Shown here: positions 15,386 to 29,369 of the stretch, piece by piece | How positions within the stretch are numbered: the first letter of the stretch is position 1 | Layout of the letters: every line of letters begins with the position of its first letter | NCBI RefSeq assembly: GCF_009914755.1 | Contig: NC_060945.1 | Length of the DNA: 64,000 bases | Direction: 5' to 3' (one strand) | Source of the DNA: the human T2T-CHM13v2.0 reference genome, Homo sapiens | Notes under the pieces: model-generated | Told to the model about the DNA's origin: nothing | The model's database searches: none | The model's input: only the letters and a program-made list of their open reading frames with translations | Made by a program: the position numbers and the translations under genes

Positions 15386-15988
15386 TGTACTAGTGTTGTG
15401 TCACTGCTATAACAAATTACCACAAAATTATCAACTTAAAACACCACACATTTATTATGCCCGTTTTTGCAGGTCAGAAGTCCAGGGGTAGCATAGATCT
15501 GCTGGGTCTTCTTCTTAGGGTCTAATAAGGCGGAAATCAAGGTGCCAGCAAGGTTGCCGTTCTTTCTGGAGACTCTAGATATGAACCTGCTTTCAGACAC
15601 ATTCAAGCTGTGGGAAGATTTCAGTTGCATGCAGTTGTCAGACCAAGGGTTCTTTTCCTTTAATTTCCTGAATCACAACCACTTTCATCTTCAATGCCAG
15701 CTTGGTGGCTTGAGTTCTTCTTATGTTTTAAATCTTTCAGACCTCTTCTTCTGCCTCACGTCTACCACTTCCAGCTGGAGGATATTCTCTTCTTTTGGGT
15801 TCATGTTTGGGCCCACCCTGGTAGTCCAGAATTGTGTCTCTATTTTAAGTTCTACAACCCTCATTATATCTCTGAAGTCCATTTTGCCATGTAATATAAC
15901 ATATTCTGAATCTCCAGGGATTACAATTTAGACATGGTTCCTTTTAGGTGTGTGTGTGGTGCGGGGGGTACGTTATCCTGCCTACCAC
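15386..15988 (-). mobile_element. MaLR solo LTR, MLT1E-like
   Basis: CTGCTATAACAAATTACCACAAA...GGAAATCAAGGTGCCAGC...CTGCCTACCAC. Imperfect 5-bp TSD TAGGG/TAAGG. Confidence 0.8.
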
Positions 15989-16679
15989 TAAGGTTATGAA
16001 TTTGTGAGCATGTGCATATATATTTTTTCACAATCCTTGGCTCAGATTCAGCGCACATTAATATGTGCTTTATACATTTTAAATAGCCAACTTTTAATGA
16101 ATCCTCAGTTTAACATGGAAATAGCAATGTAATATATTCTAGTAGTGTTTAAAATAATGTTGCCAATTAAAGAGCTATATTGTTTCTAACATATGCCCAA
16201 ATATCTTAGATTCCTTTTAGTCCTATTATTTGTCTTAGAAGCTTCAAGAAATATAACCAAATTTAATACTTGGCATTGTTACTACAAAATGTATAATCTA
16301 CTTAATGGCATAAAGGAAGGTCAGAAATCACTATGAAATAATAAGTAATATGATATGTCATGAAAATATTTATGCCTATTGAAAATTATGAAAGTATATA
16401 GTGACAATGGTAGAAAGAATCAGAAAAATTTTTGAAAAGAAATGGGACTTGAAGAATTCAAATAATTTCAATTATATGTTATGCCTGTGGAAGAAACCAT
16501 AAATAAAATATGACAAAGGTATAGATGTAAGAAAGCATAGGGCCTATTTAAATGAGAACAAACAGAGTATGTAGATTTTCCTGGAAATAAATGTTATAAA
16601 GGGGGACAGAAAGAAATAAGCCAGGACACAATGGCATTAATAACTTCAATTCATTAAGCATAATGAAGAACCATGGACA

Positions 16680-17260
16680 CAAAGTTCCAGTGGGTGCACC
16701 CAGAAAATAAACAAATACAAAAATATATAACCTATCAGTTGGTGGCAAACGTTGTAGAAAACTAAAGCCTGGAAGGAAAGATTGAGTATGTAAGGAAGGT
16801 ATATTTCAGATAACATATTTTAAGGACATATCTGAAAAAAATGTGAAAGATGGATCTATGCTGATCTCTGAGGGAATAATCTTCTAAGAGAAGAAAGAGA
16901 ATACGCAATGATCTGCTGTAGGATGGGCCAAGAGCAAGTTTAATTTATTTTAGAAACAGAAAGAAGGCCCCTATATCAGTATCAGAAAGAGTATGTGTGG
17001 GGAAGAAGAGTGGTAGCAGATGTAGTTATAAAGGGATTTACAGCCTCACTGGAGAGGGCCTTGACTGAAAGAGTGAAGAATTCTGACTAGATTCAATGGA
17101 TTGACGCTGAAAACCTCCAGAGTTTCATGGAAATAATTTGGAGTTTGTTTGTTTTGTCTTTTTAAAAGACGGCCCTGGAAATAATACATAGTGTGAAGCC
17201 GAGCTGGAGGAGATTAAGGGTGAAAGACTTGTTACAGGGCTATTGCAATAATCTGGTGGG
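16680..17260 (-). mobile_element. LINE-2 fragment
   Basis: Purine-rich antisense L2 motifs (AGAAACAGAAAGAAGGCC, GGCTATTGCAATAATCTGG). Confidence 0.6.
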
Positions 17261-18959
17261 GAAGCAGAATATTTGTACTTGCAGATGTGGTGATTGTGTT
17301 GAAGCCAAACAGGGCATGAGATGCTGTAAAAGAACAATGGAGGGGAGACAGAGGAGAAAAAAAAGGAATAGAATTTGATATAGAATTGCCAAACTTAAGT
17401 AAATGAAAGTTAGGAAGGAAAAATCATTCGGGGGGGATAAAATATATTTCAATTAAAAATTATTTTATGTGTCACTGTTTGGATGTTGTATACAACTGCA
17501 CTTATAGGATGCCTCAGATTCTCCAGGTCTTGCCTGTATCTAGAGTTTTCTTGACTTGATTCACCCAGCAGCAGCTACAACAACCAACTCACTGTGCTTC
17601 TGATGTTTTGGCACCTGCAAAGTCCTACCAACCGAGGCTGTTGAATCACATCTTGAGCTCCTCCTCCTCAAGAAAACTCCATTTTGACATAAGAATTTTA
17701 TTTGTCTCCTACTCTCTGGTTAAGTGAATTAAGAAGCAAATGAACTAATCACTACCCTAATTTCATGTCACAAATGATTTAAAGAATTTATGTAGAAAGA
17801 ATAAAAATGAATGCATGAAGAGCAAAACAAGGCACAAAGCACAGATTGGAATAGGAGTTACACACCTGAAGAGACAGAGAGGGAGATAAAGACACCATGG
17901 CTGAGTCACATGTTTGAATCTTAGCTTACTGGCAACCTAAATAAAAAGGTTAACAAAAGCAGTAATAAAATAAATAATGTCCTTGCTTATAGAGTAAGAA
18001 CATTGTATTCCTCTGGGGGACACTAAGCTTTCCTGGAATAACTTCTGATTTGTTTTTCTTTTGTGCACATTACATCAGCGACAATCTATGACATAAAACA
18101 CAATGGCCTCAACCATATTTCCTCAACAAATGTAATTGTGGGTTTTAAAACCTGATTTTGACAGGTCCTTTGAAGAAAGATGAGACTATGACACTGAAGT
18201 GAAACTCAGATAAATTTGGGGAATGGATGACAAGGAATGCAAGAAAATAATCCACACTTTTTTCCAGTAGAAATTTCAAATAAAATTACAAATAGCAAGC
18301 AAGTTTACAGCTTTCCAATGCTTAGCTTATTCTTCTCTATCTCTAGTGGAATAGATGTACAATTATGGAATCATATGTCTTTGTTATTGGTGGTTTGGAC
18401 ATGAAGTTTTGGTCTATTTTTTTTTTCTTTTGGGGGATTGGTGAGGACACCAGGGAACTCACAAATCTTTGACAACCATTATATTCCTTAATATGCAGGG
18501 CAACACTTCTCAGTCACTACTGCCTCCACACTGGTGAATTTGTCCTGACCCAACATTGACAGGCCTCCTTGTTCTAAAACACTTTAAAATCTATTCCTAG
18601 AAATATTATCTATAGATATAATAACTATGTATAGAAAAAAATACATGTAAAGATATATAGATATAAGAACTAATATCTAAGATTACAAACTCACTTATCA
18701 ATGGCTACAATTATTCTTTTTTCCTGCTCTGCAATTTTTTTCTTTTGGATTCACTTTTGCTGACATACAACACTCGGTAGTTCTTCCACTGAAGGCTGTG
18801 GATAGTAACATTTCATTCTGTTTGTATGTTAAGGTTGATTTTAAGTAATATACTTTTTATCATTCTCATGTTTTTAATGCTTTCTTGTTATTAATATAAG
18901 TTAGTATTATGACCACACATCTAGAACTGAATGTAACATATTTTATTTATTTTTAACTT

Positions 18960-19256
18960 AATTAATAGTATTATTATTTTAGAGACAAGCTTTCGCTTTG
19001 TCACTCAGCCAGGAGTGCAGTGGCATTATCACAGTCCACTGCAGCCTCAAACTCCTAGGCTCAAATGATTCTCTCACTTCAGCATCCTGAGTAGCTGGGA
19101 TTACAGGGGTGTGCCACCCTGCCTGGCTAATTTTTTTGTAGCGATGAGGTCTCACTATGTTGCCCAGTCTGGTCTTTAACTCCTGGCTTCAAGCAATCCT
19201 CCTGCCTCAGCCTCCCAAAGTTGTGGGATTATAGGCTTAAGCCACCGTGACTGTTC
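18960..19256 (-). mobile_element. AluJ, full length
   Basis: J-type motifs CACTGCAGCCTCAAACTCCTAGGCTCAA and GGTCTCACTATGTTGCCCAG. Confidence 0.9.
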
Positions 19257-21559
19257 TGAATTTATAATCTTAATTTGAGAATGCGTGTCTTTTCTGGGAC
19301 CCCTTTTTCAGACCAGTTTTAATTTTTATTTACTAGCAAATCAAATCAGAATGGTCTCTGAACCATATATCCAGCAAGTTAGTAGTTAAGCTCCCAATCT
19401 TTCTTATTTCAGAAGAAGTTAAATTTTGATTTTCCATTCAGATATATTTTCTTTTTTGTCTATCATTACAATGTATTTCGAGATGGGGGTGAGGTTGAAG
19501 GCATTAACTCAAAAAATTCATTTTGAATGATAAATGCATTAGTAATATGGCTAATTTTCTTGTAAATGCACAAAAGTGATTTTGAGTAAAAGAGCTCAAT
19601 ATTTACTTTTGGAAATGTTTCATCATTTTTTTCAATATTAACAATGATATTTTAAATGGTTAAAAATAAACATATTTTAAGGTAAAAATTATGAATGCAA
19701 ATACGTTGGGGAAACATATTTCATCAGGGGAAAGGATTTGCCATCATGGAGTTCCACTCAGTATTAATGCCAAGGCAGTCCCTTCTCCACTGCTTTTGAT
19801 CTTCTGTGTATCAGGTAGCTAAGCATTTAATTTGGATTAAATTAAGTGTAAAGATTTGAGTGACTAGGTTATTAAAAATACATGTCTAGTTACAGCATTT
19901 CAGATGGGTTTCAGTCAATTTCTGGGGCACTGACAGACATTATTCTGTTAAAAAATTTAGAATCAAATTATAGAAAGCCATTGATGGAAGACACGCAGCC
20001 GGCAGCGAACATGGCTTGTAATGATAGGCCATTATTATACTTGAGGGCACTGGTCAGACAAAGTGTTTATAATGTTTCTAGGTGTAGTTTTCTTGTCTCT
20101 GGCTTCAAATTCTAAAGCAGACCGACACCTAAAGAGTCCATCATTTCTTTCCCTGAAACCAGAAAGTCTAGCTCATTTTATATTTTATTTACAATTCTAC
20201 TTTTGTAACATTAAACTGAATGCTTGTTTCTTTCAGTTCATCCCTTTTAATTCTCAGCAGTTTCTCTTGCAAGTCAAAACCTAAATGGCAGTTTTTATTT
20301 CTCCTTTAGGTTCCAGATTTAATGATCCTTCTCCAGGTAATGTAAGCATCACTGACTGATTTGCTCTAACTCCAGGGTTCATATATTTCCCATCATGCCA
20401 TGCTCCCTTCTTCTTGTCTAGCCCTGTATTGAATCAGGAAAAGGTTACCTACAAGCTACATGGTTTGGAAAATAAGAAAGTTTAATATTTCAAGTTACTG
20501 TCTCTCTTCACAATTAATTTGAATATATATAAAAACGTACTCATAACATGCAGTCTCTAAATGATATAGAAATATATGGACAATCGTGTTTTTATATACT
20601 CTCATTCTTCCAGCAAGATGAAACTTTCATTGGTTCCTTTTAGACTGAAATTCTGGAAATAGCATAAGTATGCATTTTAGGAACAATGAAGCAAATTTCA
20701 AAAATCAAAGGAAGAGTGCTCTTACATAATCATTTAACTCATCATTCTGGTGAGTAGGACTACAACTAAAACACAGATATGAAACATTTTTTTCTTTAAA
20801 ATTAGATCAAATGCATCAGCATTTTTGCAGATTCAGCACAGATGTTAGCATTTCCCAGACTTAGCTTATGAGACACATACAGCTATTTTACAGTCTGGAG
20901 GGTTTCCAATATTACTACTTACCTAAATGACATTTGAGGTGGTGGCACTTAATGAGGTACACGTAATATAGTACTTAACTCATGACATCTACCAGGCAGA
21001 AAATACTTTATTAGCTGATCCTGTTCTATGAATATAAATTGATTTTTCCTCATGGTTAGGAAAATTGGCTCTTCAGCTACACTTCAGGATAGAGTTAACT
21101 GGGTCCATCTAGCAAATTAGAGTAGGTTTCCTTGCATAAATGACGGCATAAATGGGAAAGGGTACTTAAGTCCAGTGATCTTTGTCCCTAGGCATCATGT
21201 TTATCGATTGCCCTACATTCAGGTCAGGAAGAAAGGTCTTACCTTACAGTTTGTAGAGACCCTGGAGTTTAATCACTATGCTACAAAGCATTAGGTAATT
21301 CTATTTTGTTCAATAAATGAATTCTTTAAATGTCAGGGTTTTAGCAGACTAGGACCTTGAAAAAGTCTATTTTCTTTCATGTTCCTTGTTTCTGAATCAC
21401 ACTGTCTTTGATTCAGAAATACAAATACGTTTTAGTTATTGTTACAGTAACTGATATTGTTGAGTATATGGCGAAGGCCTAGGGCTATGTCATTGAAAAT
21501 GAAGTAGGTCAAGGAAGCATGGGGCTGCTCCTATTTTTTAAAATTAAAAAAAAACTTCC

Positions 21560-21670
21560 AAAAAAGGAAGATAGATAGAAGTAGAGGTAAAGAGACAGAC
21601 ATTGAGAGAGACAGAAAAAAGAGACAAAGGAGGAGGGTAGAGATGAGAAGGGAAAAGAGAGAAAGAAGTA
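21560..21670. repeat. A/G-rich low-complexity tract
   Basis: GGAAGATAGATAGAAGTAGAGGTAAAGAGACAGAC..., almost purine-only on the + strand. Confidence 0.7.
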
Positions 21671-21989
21671 TTGAATACAAATAGTAAAAATTTTGTAATT
21701 CAAGCTTAATAATAATGGGTCTTCAGAAAAGGGGAATTTTCATCTAGGTATAGTAAAGAGGAAATGCTAATAGAGGAAATATGACTTGAGTCCAGTTTTA
21801 AGGATATATAGAATTGACTTAATTGGAGAGCAAAGATAAAGTGCTTCCAATTTGGTAAAGAGAATAAGTAAACTTGCTGAGGTAGAAAAAAAAATTAATT
21901 TGTAAGTAACAGAAATGAAAGCTACTTGAATGAATGATGTGGAAGCCAGTATGAGACACAGCACTACTAGGAAATACTTTTTAAAATTA

Positions 21990-22118
21990 TTTTAAATTCG
22001 TTAGAGACAGGGGTCACTATGTTTGCCCAGGCTGGACTTGAACTCCTGGGCTCAAGTGATTCTTCTGCCTCAATCTTCCAAGTAGCTGGGACTCTAGGCA
22101 TCCTACTGCAGCCAGCTC
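21990..22118 (-). mobile_element. FLAM Alu monomer
   Basis: AGAGACAGGGGTCACTATGTTTGCCCAGGCTGGACTTGAACTCCTGGGCTCAAG, monomer length. Confidence 0.8.
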
Positions 22119-22724
22119 AGATGTGCTATTTGTCAACTATGTTATATATTTTTACTTTCATATTTACTTTTAATTTCATATTTGAAGCTTTACAAAGAAA
22201 ATTTAAACTTTTGTAATCAGTATAGTGAAGAAAATCTAGATATCATATGGAATAAATTGAAGATAAGGCAATTTTTGTGAAAGTTAAAATTATATTTATT
22301 CCCTTTTTCTGTGAAATAATTTTTAGTTACAATACTGATAGTTTTTCTGGAAATATAAGATTAAGAAGAAATATAAAACTTGGTATTAACATGTGAAGGA
22401 CTGTAATGAAAAAAATTATGTTGTTATGGATGATGCCAAAGGGAAAAATCAAAACAACTGGATAGGAATTACACGTAATTTGGTTTCCAGTAAAAATAAT
22501 AAATAACATAGAGTGAAACATTAGAAATGGCATTATAATAAGGACATAGTATCCCATTACTGAATATATTCAATACAATATGCATGCTCCTTAGACAATG
22601 GGTGCTGTAGATGGTATCATACGTTATTTTGTATAACATCTAGGGTTGTTACTCTAAAAATGTACTATCATGTAAATAAATACACTAGGCCAGGTAAATT
22701 CAAATTATAGAAGTCTTGGGAATA

Positions 22725-23084
<360 letters not shown>

Positions 23085-23519
23085 CTATTTCACAACAAGA
23101 TAGATACAATGTGTTTGGAGTTATTAAGGGACTGTTACTCTAGAAGTGATATAAGAAATTTAAAAAAAATTTATTTTGGGAATTCTTATTAAAGTCTTCT
23201 GAAAGATGCATAGATTATATAACTTTGGCATGGGGTATCTTTCTTTAGAGCTTGGGAGGAAGTCAAAAGAGGAGTCATTAAGGAAAAAATTTATTATTTG
23301 ATATTAATAACATGATTTTGTTCAATATTTATTTTTAGGTCTAAAAATGTCATGAAGCCAAATATGTATCATTTTTTCTGATTTTAAAAACATATTTTTC
23401 AGGATTTTTTTAATAACATTCTTTCTGGTTACTTTCAGTTGTTTAAAAAATGGAGGAGTAGAGAATGAATTCATAGAAATGTGGACACAGACACACTGGG
23501 TCATACTTAAGAGGCATTT

Positions 23520-23960
23520 CAATCAGAAAACATTAGTCTGCATGTAGTAGAAAATGCAAGTTCAAGTGGTTTAAACAATGACAACATTCATTGTCACATA
23601 TAACAAGAAGCTCTAGAATATTTATATTATTCAGTCTACTAATTAGGCATTTTGTCAACATCATGCTATCATCAGAAGAGCTTTTCATCTTTCTAGTGTC
23701 TTATGCTTAGTGCATTGGTTTGATCTTCAGGCTATTTTCCTTAATGTTTGCAACATGCCACATCAAGACATAATTTCTGGGATAAGAAAAAGATTATATG
23801 TTCCTGTGTTTTTTAAGTGGTGGGAGACATTTTAAGAAGACATACCACCCCCAGCGGACCTCCATCACATATCACATGTCAGAAAATGATAACAAGTCCA
23901 TCTCATAAGCATGTACCTTCAAGGGAACAAGACCACCATATAACTGACTTAAAAAATTAG
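23520..23960 (-). mobile_element. Old MaLR LTR (MLT1J/K/L-like)
   Basis: AGTGGTTTAAACAA...TCACATATAACAAGAAG and CCCCCAGCGGACCTCC...ATATCA motifs, heavily decayed. Confidence 0.55.
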
Positions 23961-25246
23961 GATTTCCTATGAATCACATGCATGTGATGTATATACCGGA
24001 ACAAGTTCAGGCTTTGCCAGTAAGAAAGAAAGAAAATGGCTGTCATCCTGCCAGTATGAAAGAAAGAGAGAATGGCTATAATATCAAAAATATACGATGA
24101 CAATTCATCTCTAACTGATGAGCAAATTGCATATTTTTTCCATTCTATTTCTGCAAATAGTTTCTTGCTGAGCCAAAACTCTTGAAATAAAATGTAAGTA
24201 TTATGAAACAGAAAAACGCTTAAACTACTTACTGCTATAATCAAAGCAATTTGCCTTGGGAAATGAAAACTAAAAACGAACACAATGTAATATGCTCATG
24301 ATTTTGCCTTTTTAAGAAATGTCAGCTACAGGGAAATTCCATGAGTCAGTAAGTATCTGCATAGATGAAAATGTACACAAACCACACATGTGCACATATG
24401 TACACATATATACACACATACAAAGGTTTGTGAACATTTAATTACCAAACAATTAGCCAACTGTTTGGCTTACCTGTTTATATTCAGCACTGGGGCCATC
24501 AGGACAAAAAAAGTGCTTCCAGTTAAATGCATGTTAGGTGTACCACAGCTAGTGCTTACCTGTGCAATTTATACTTTCTTACTTATAGAATCTGGATAAA
24601 AACTGGCAAAACTGGATAAAAGATTTCTTGTTCATTAAGGATTCTGATATGGTGAATCTGTAAAGGAAATTATAAGTTTACTTGGCCCTTATTTCATGTG
24701 TGTTTCAGTGTGGCCTAAGTGATGGATTTTGAGCACTGTGCATGTATGTTTGTTGTTCATTTTTCTTTTAGGTTTGTAATGCTCATTAGCAAATGTAATT
24801 ATGTCACTTCCAATGACAAATTACAGCACAATTTTGTTTAAGTTGAATTCCTCACTTTGATTACTGCAAGTTGACCTATTGCTGCCTTTCCCACCACATG
24901 CAAATACCCTTTCATTATAATGTTAGAATTAAAACAATTTCACAATTTTATTTTGTACTAGTATATGAAAAGCTTAATTAAATTAATTGTTATTTTGTGT
25001 GTGTATGTGTATGTGTGTTTTCAAGTTCTTGACTGTGAATTTATCACAGATCACCAAAGTGTTTTCACCTTTTTAAAAATTTTCAGTATGTTACTATGAT
25101 AATGATATTCACAACGGTAACCAAATGGTATGGAAAGTTTTAAAGTATTAAAAAGTAATTATATATAATTAAATTCTATTTACTAGAGTAGTTAAGTATT
25201 AAACATTTTTCAATCAAATTATTTTTTAAAATGTGAATACCAGGTA

Positions 25247-25542
25247 CCCAGTATAGATCCAGTTAGTGGAGCATGAAGCTTATATACTTTGGGGATGACT
25301 TATTTAAGAAATAAAGATATAAAATTGTAAAATTAAACTTTTAGTAAATATAATACTTATTTAAAATAAGAAATGAATACCACATCAAATGATTACAATG
25401 ATTCCAGCAGAAATGCTAGCATAGAAATGCCTTCTGACTGCAACCTACTTCCCTTCTCACGTAGAATACTGTGTAGCTCCTACAGGACTGACCAAGTAAG
25501 AAACACTGAAACTAACTTCATTTGTTTGTGTATCCTCCTCTG
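25247..25542. mobile_element. hAT-Blackjack (MER63-like) remnant
   Basis: GATCCAG...TGAAGCTTATATACTTTGGGG at one end and TGAAACTAACTTCATT...TCCTCCTCTG at the other resemble my recollection of MER63 termini. Confidence 0.45.
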
Positions 25543-27189
25543 AAAGTAAGCCGAAAATAATCGGTATCTTTGATTTAAAAACAAATACTACCCTCTCTCC
25601 ATTAAGGATAAATCGGAATTTGCTATATATTCAAGTGGAAATGTATTTCAACATAAAATCTAAGGCAATATATAAAAAGTATCTGGCTTCAAATTAATTA
25701 ATTTGTTACTGATACATTTCTCTCAACCTAGCTTTTTTGTTTGCACTTAATGAATTCTACAGTTCTTTCGATTTTTACATTGCTAGAATTACCATTTAAA
25801 ATATAATTAAACACATATTTATTCTCTAATTCTTGTCTCAGTGTATTATCGGCTATTCCAATTGAATATTCAATAAATATTAAAGAATAATATATTATTC
25901 AATAGTAGCTTCAGATTTTATTCCACAAGGGCTATTATCATAAAAATAATACAAAGGCTGAAAATAAATAAATAGGCTGAAAAGGGCTGTTATCTCTAAG
26001 GCCAAGGACTGGAATACTCATGTGAAATAAAATTTCTCCATAAAGGTTAAATGAGAAACTTTTTTATTTTCTCTTATTTTTGAAGAAATTTTAGATAATA
26101 TAGGTACAATTTAATTTTGAATGTAATTAGAATATGTAAAAATTCTTGAACCCATGCTATAAATATTCTTAAAGTCTGCTAAGATAGATATATATTAAAT
26201 GTGGATATTTATGACAAAATACTTATGACAATTCTTGAAAGGCAGGACTCTGTAAGACCTTGTGCAATTACATTTTGAGAAATGTTTATTTTTAATAAAC
26301 TCAATAAACTGCAGTGCTATATTATTACTGCAACCATGTCAGATTTAGTGTGCCAATAATCAAGAAGCAGTCAAACAAACCTATGCAAACCTTTAGTGTT
26401 TAGTTTTTAAAGAATTTTAAGCATTCTAATCATCGTAGTGGAACAACTACAACTTGGTTAAGATTTCTTCCACCTACAGTATTTTGTTTAAGTTTTGAAA
26501 TAAAAATGAAGGGCCACAATTATATTTTAAATATTTAGAGGCTGAGAACTCGGCTCCTATTCCCACACCTTATTGGATTTTACTATTCTGTAAAATGTAA
26601 TAGAAATATAAAGACATGGTTCATTATATACTCAAGACTGTAGTTGTACACGTCACATAAAAATACTTAACTATTAATAACCACATTTGATTTACGAAAA
26701 TAAATTTTAAAGTTTTTTATTTGATTATAAAGGCAATAATTCTGGAAATATTTGTAAGAATATATCAAAGAAGAAAAACTGGTCAGTTTTTAAATTCTCA
26801 CCGTGTACTAAATTTGAGATTGCCCATATACATCTAGACTGTATTTTCATAGTGATGTAATGAATAGCAGATATTATATGAGTACATATTACAGGCAGAA
26901 AAAGTTAAGGAGATCCCATTCTTCTGTGGAGTACAAATAATGTTCTCATGCAATAATTTTGCCCCAAAATGAACTACTCTGGTGCCATATTTACATTTAA
27001 TTAATGTGTTTTATGTCTAACTTCTCAACTTCTTGCTGAACAATAAAATAATGTAAATAAAATGATTTTATATATGTGCTATAATTATGAAAAAATAGCT
27101 ATTGCATTTTCCATGTGTATGAAAATCTTGGAGGTTCTAGATATAAAGAACAGAAACAAATAATATTTTGTTGTGTTTTTGTAAGTTTC

Positions 27190-27593
27190 TGTTTTCATTT
27201 GCTAGGGCTGCCATAAAAAGTACCACAAAGAGAGTGGCTTCGAGAACTGAAATGTAATGTCTTACAGCTCTGGAGGCTAGAAGTCTGAAATCAAGGCATT
27301 AGCAAGGTTGGTTGTTTCTGAGGGCTATAAAGGAAGGTCTGTTCCAGGCCCGTTGGCTTGTATATGGTTGTGTTCCTGGTCTCTGTTCACATAGTTTTTC
27401 CTCTATGATGCATGTCTATATCTAAATCACCACTATTTATAAGGACACTAGTCATATTGGTTTAGGGTCCAAACTAATGACCTTATTTTCACTTGATTCC
27501 CTTTATAAATATCCTGTCTCCAATAGGTTACATTCTGGAGACTAGGACTCCAATATACCTTTTTTTGAGAGGACACAATTCAACCCATTAATG
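27190..27593 (-). mobile_element. MaLR solo LTR, MLT1B/C-like
   Basis: CTAGGGCTGCCATAA...CTGGAGGCTAGAAGTCTGAAATCAAGG...GGACACAATTCAACCCAT. TSD GTTTC/GTTCC. Confidence 0.85.
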
Positions 27594-28421
27594 GTTCCCC
27601 TTGCCTGAATACAATACAAAATAGCTAAATATTTATACTATGAAATATGTGTATGTGTAGTGAAACATACAATTTCTCGTAACAGTTATTTTAGATATTT
27701 TAACATATCGGTGAGTGCACATAAATGCATATGTACACACATACACGCACACATACATGTCATTAACTTATACACCTGACCATGTGTTAGTTGAATTAAT
27801 CAAAGGCATGTCAAGAACACATAGTTTATGAAAAGAATAAGCTAAATCATCCAGTGAAATGAGTGCTATGCAGAAGTTCAAAGTATCACAGAAATGAACA
27901 CTACATTAGAATAAGACAGGCAAATAGATTTCAGTGGAAATCTTCCAGTTTTAGGAATTATATTATATTAAAAAATAATCCCGAAAAATCTAAAATCTAT
28001 TAGACTTATTGCTGTAGGTGATTTTTTAAAGTTTTACCACACTGAACTTGGCTCATATATACACTAGAATTTTAGAAATATAAAACAGTATTATATCTGA
28101 TCTGTTCAATTCATCTATATTATATGCCATATGATTTTAATAACATTATTTCAAAGGCATTTCAGGTAAAGCCAGTTTTGAATTAATTTATAATTCTTTG
28201 ACTCACAAATCAAAGAATAAAATACTCTTCTCTATTTCTTCAAAGGTAGAAAAAAACTGAATGTCTGTAGAAGATGGGGCAATCTGAAGTTATTTTATTT
28301 GGAACATTATGATATAATATAATTTTCATGGAAAATATGAGATGCATGACCTAAATAAAAATATGGTTTACAATTGTTCATTGGCATACACAGACACATA
28401 TTTAAGAATTATACCATCTTT

Positions 28422-28722
28422 GGCCTGCTGCGGTGGCTCATGCCTGTAATCCCAGCACCTTGGGAGGATGAGGCGGGCAGATCACCTGAGGTCGGGAGTT
28501 CGAGACCAGCCTGACCAACATGGAGAAACCCTGTCTCTACTAAAAATACAAAATTAGCTGGGCATGGTGGTGCATGCCTGTAATCCCAGCTACTCAGGAA
28601 GGCTGAGGTAGGAGAATTGCTGGAACCCGGGAGGCGGAGGTTGCGGTGAGTGCAGACCGCACCATTGCACTCCAGCCTGGGCCACAAGAGTGAAACTCTG
28701 TCTCAAAAAAAAAAAAAAAAAA
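28422..28722 (+). mobile_element. AluSp, full length
   Basis: Sp diagnostics GAGGTCGGGAG, CTGACCAACATGGAGAAACC and GGTTGCGGTGAG. 18-bp TSD AAGAATTATACCAT(C/T)TTT at 28404-28421 and 28721-28738. Confidence 0.95.
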
Positions 28723-29020
28723 GAATTATACCATTTTTATTTCCCTTTAAGGTTCATAATACTCGGATTAAAATACTAGCACTTTAATAATATACAACCT
28801 AAAATATTAATTTCCATTTATCAAAATAATTGTCAGCAATATAAATATTTTAATTGTAATTAGCTTTTATACGAACTCAATTATTTTTTCCATGAATCAG
28901 CACAATATCTTTTGTTTCTTTAAATTTCTAACTGTAGTGCCGACCTGTGAAGTCTAAGAGTTGACTTATAGACATATCCTTCCTTACTCTTGAACCATTA
29001 TATCCAGGCCTGGGTATAAT

Positions 29021-29367
29021 TAGGCATGTGTCATTTAAAGATAAGAATAAATTCTGAGAATGCATTGTTGGGAGATTTCATTGTTGAATGCAAACATCAT
29101 AGAATGTACGTATACAAACCTAGATACCGTAGCCTACTACATACCTAGGGTATATGGTATAACTTATTACTCCTAGGTCACTAACTTGCACAGCATGTTA
29201 CTCTACTGAATACTGGAAGCAATCCTAACATGATGGCGAGTATGTGTGTATCTGAACATATCTAACATCAAAAAGGTACATTAAAAATATGGTATTATAA
29301 TTTCATGGGACCACGGCCAGATATGTGGTCCATCATTGACTGAAATGCCATTATGCAGCACTGACTA
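29021..29367. mobile_element. Tigger3a/MER7-like TcMar DNA transposon
   Basis: TTCTGAGAATGCATTGTTGG...AAACCTAGAT...TATTATAATTTCATGGGACCAC...GAAATGCCATTATGCAGCAC. Confidence 0.85.
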
Positions 29368-29369
29368 CC

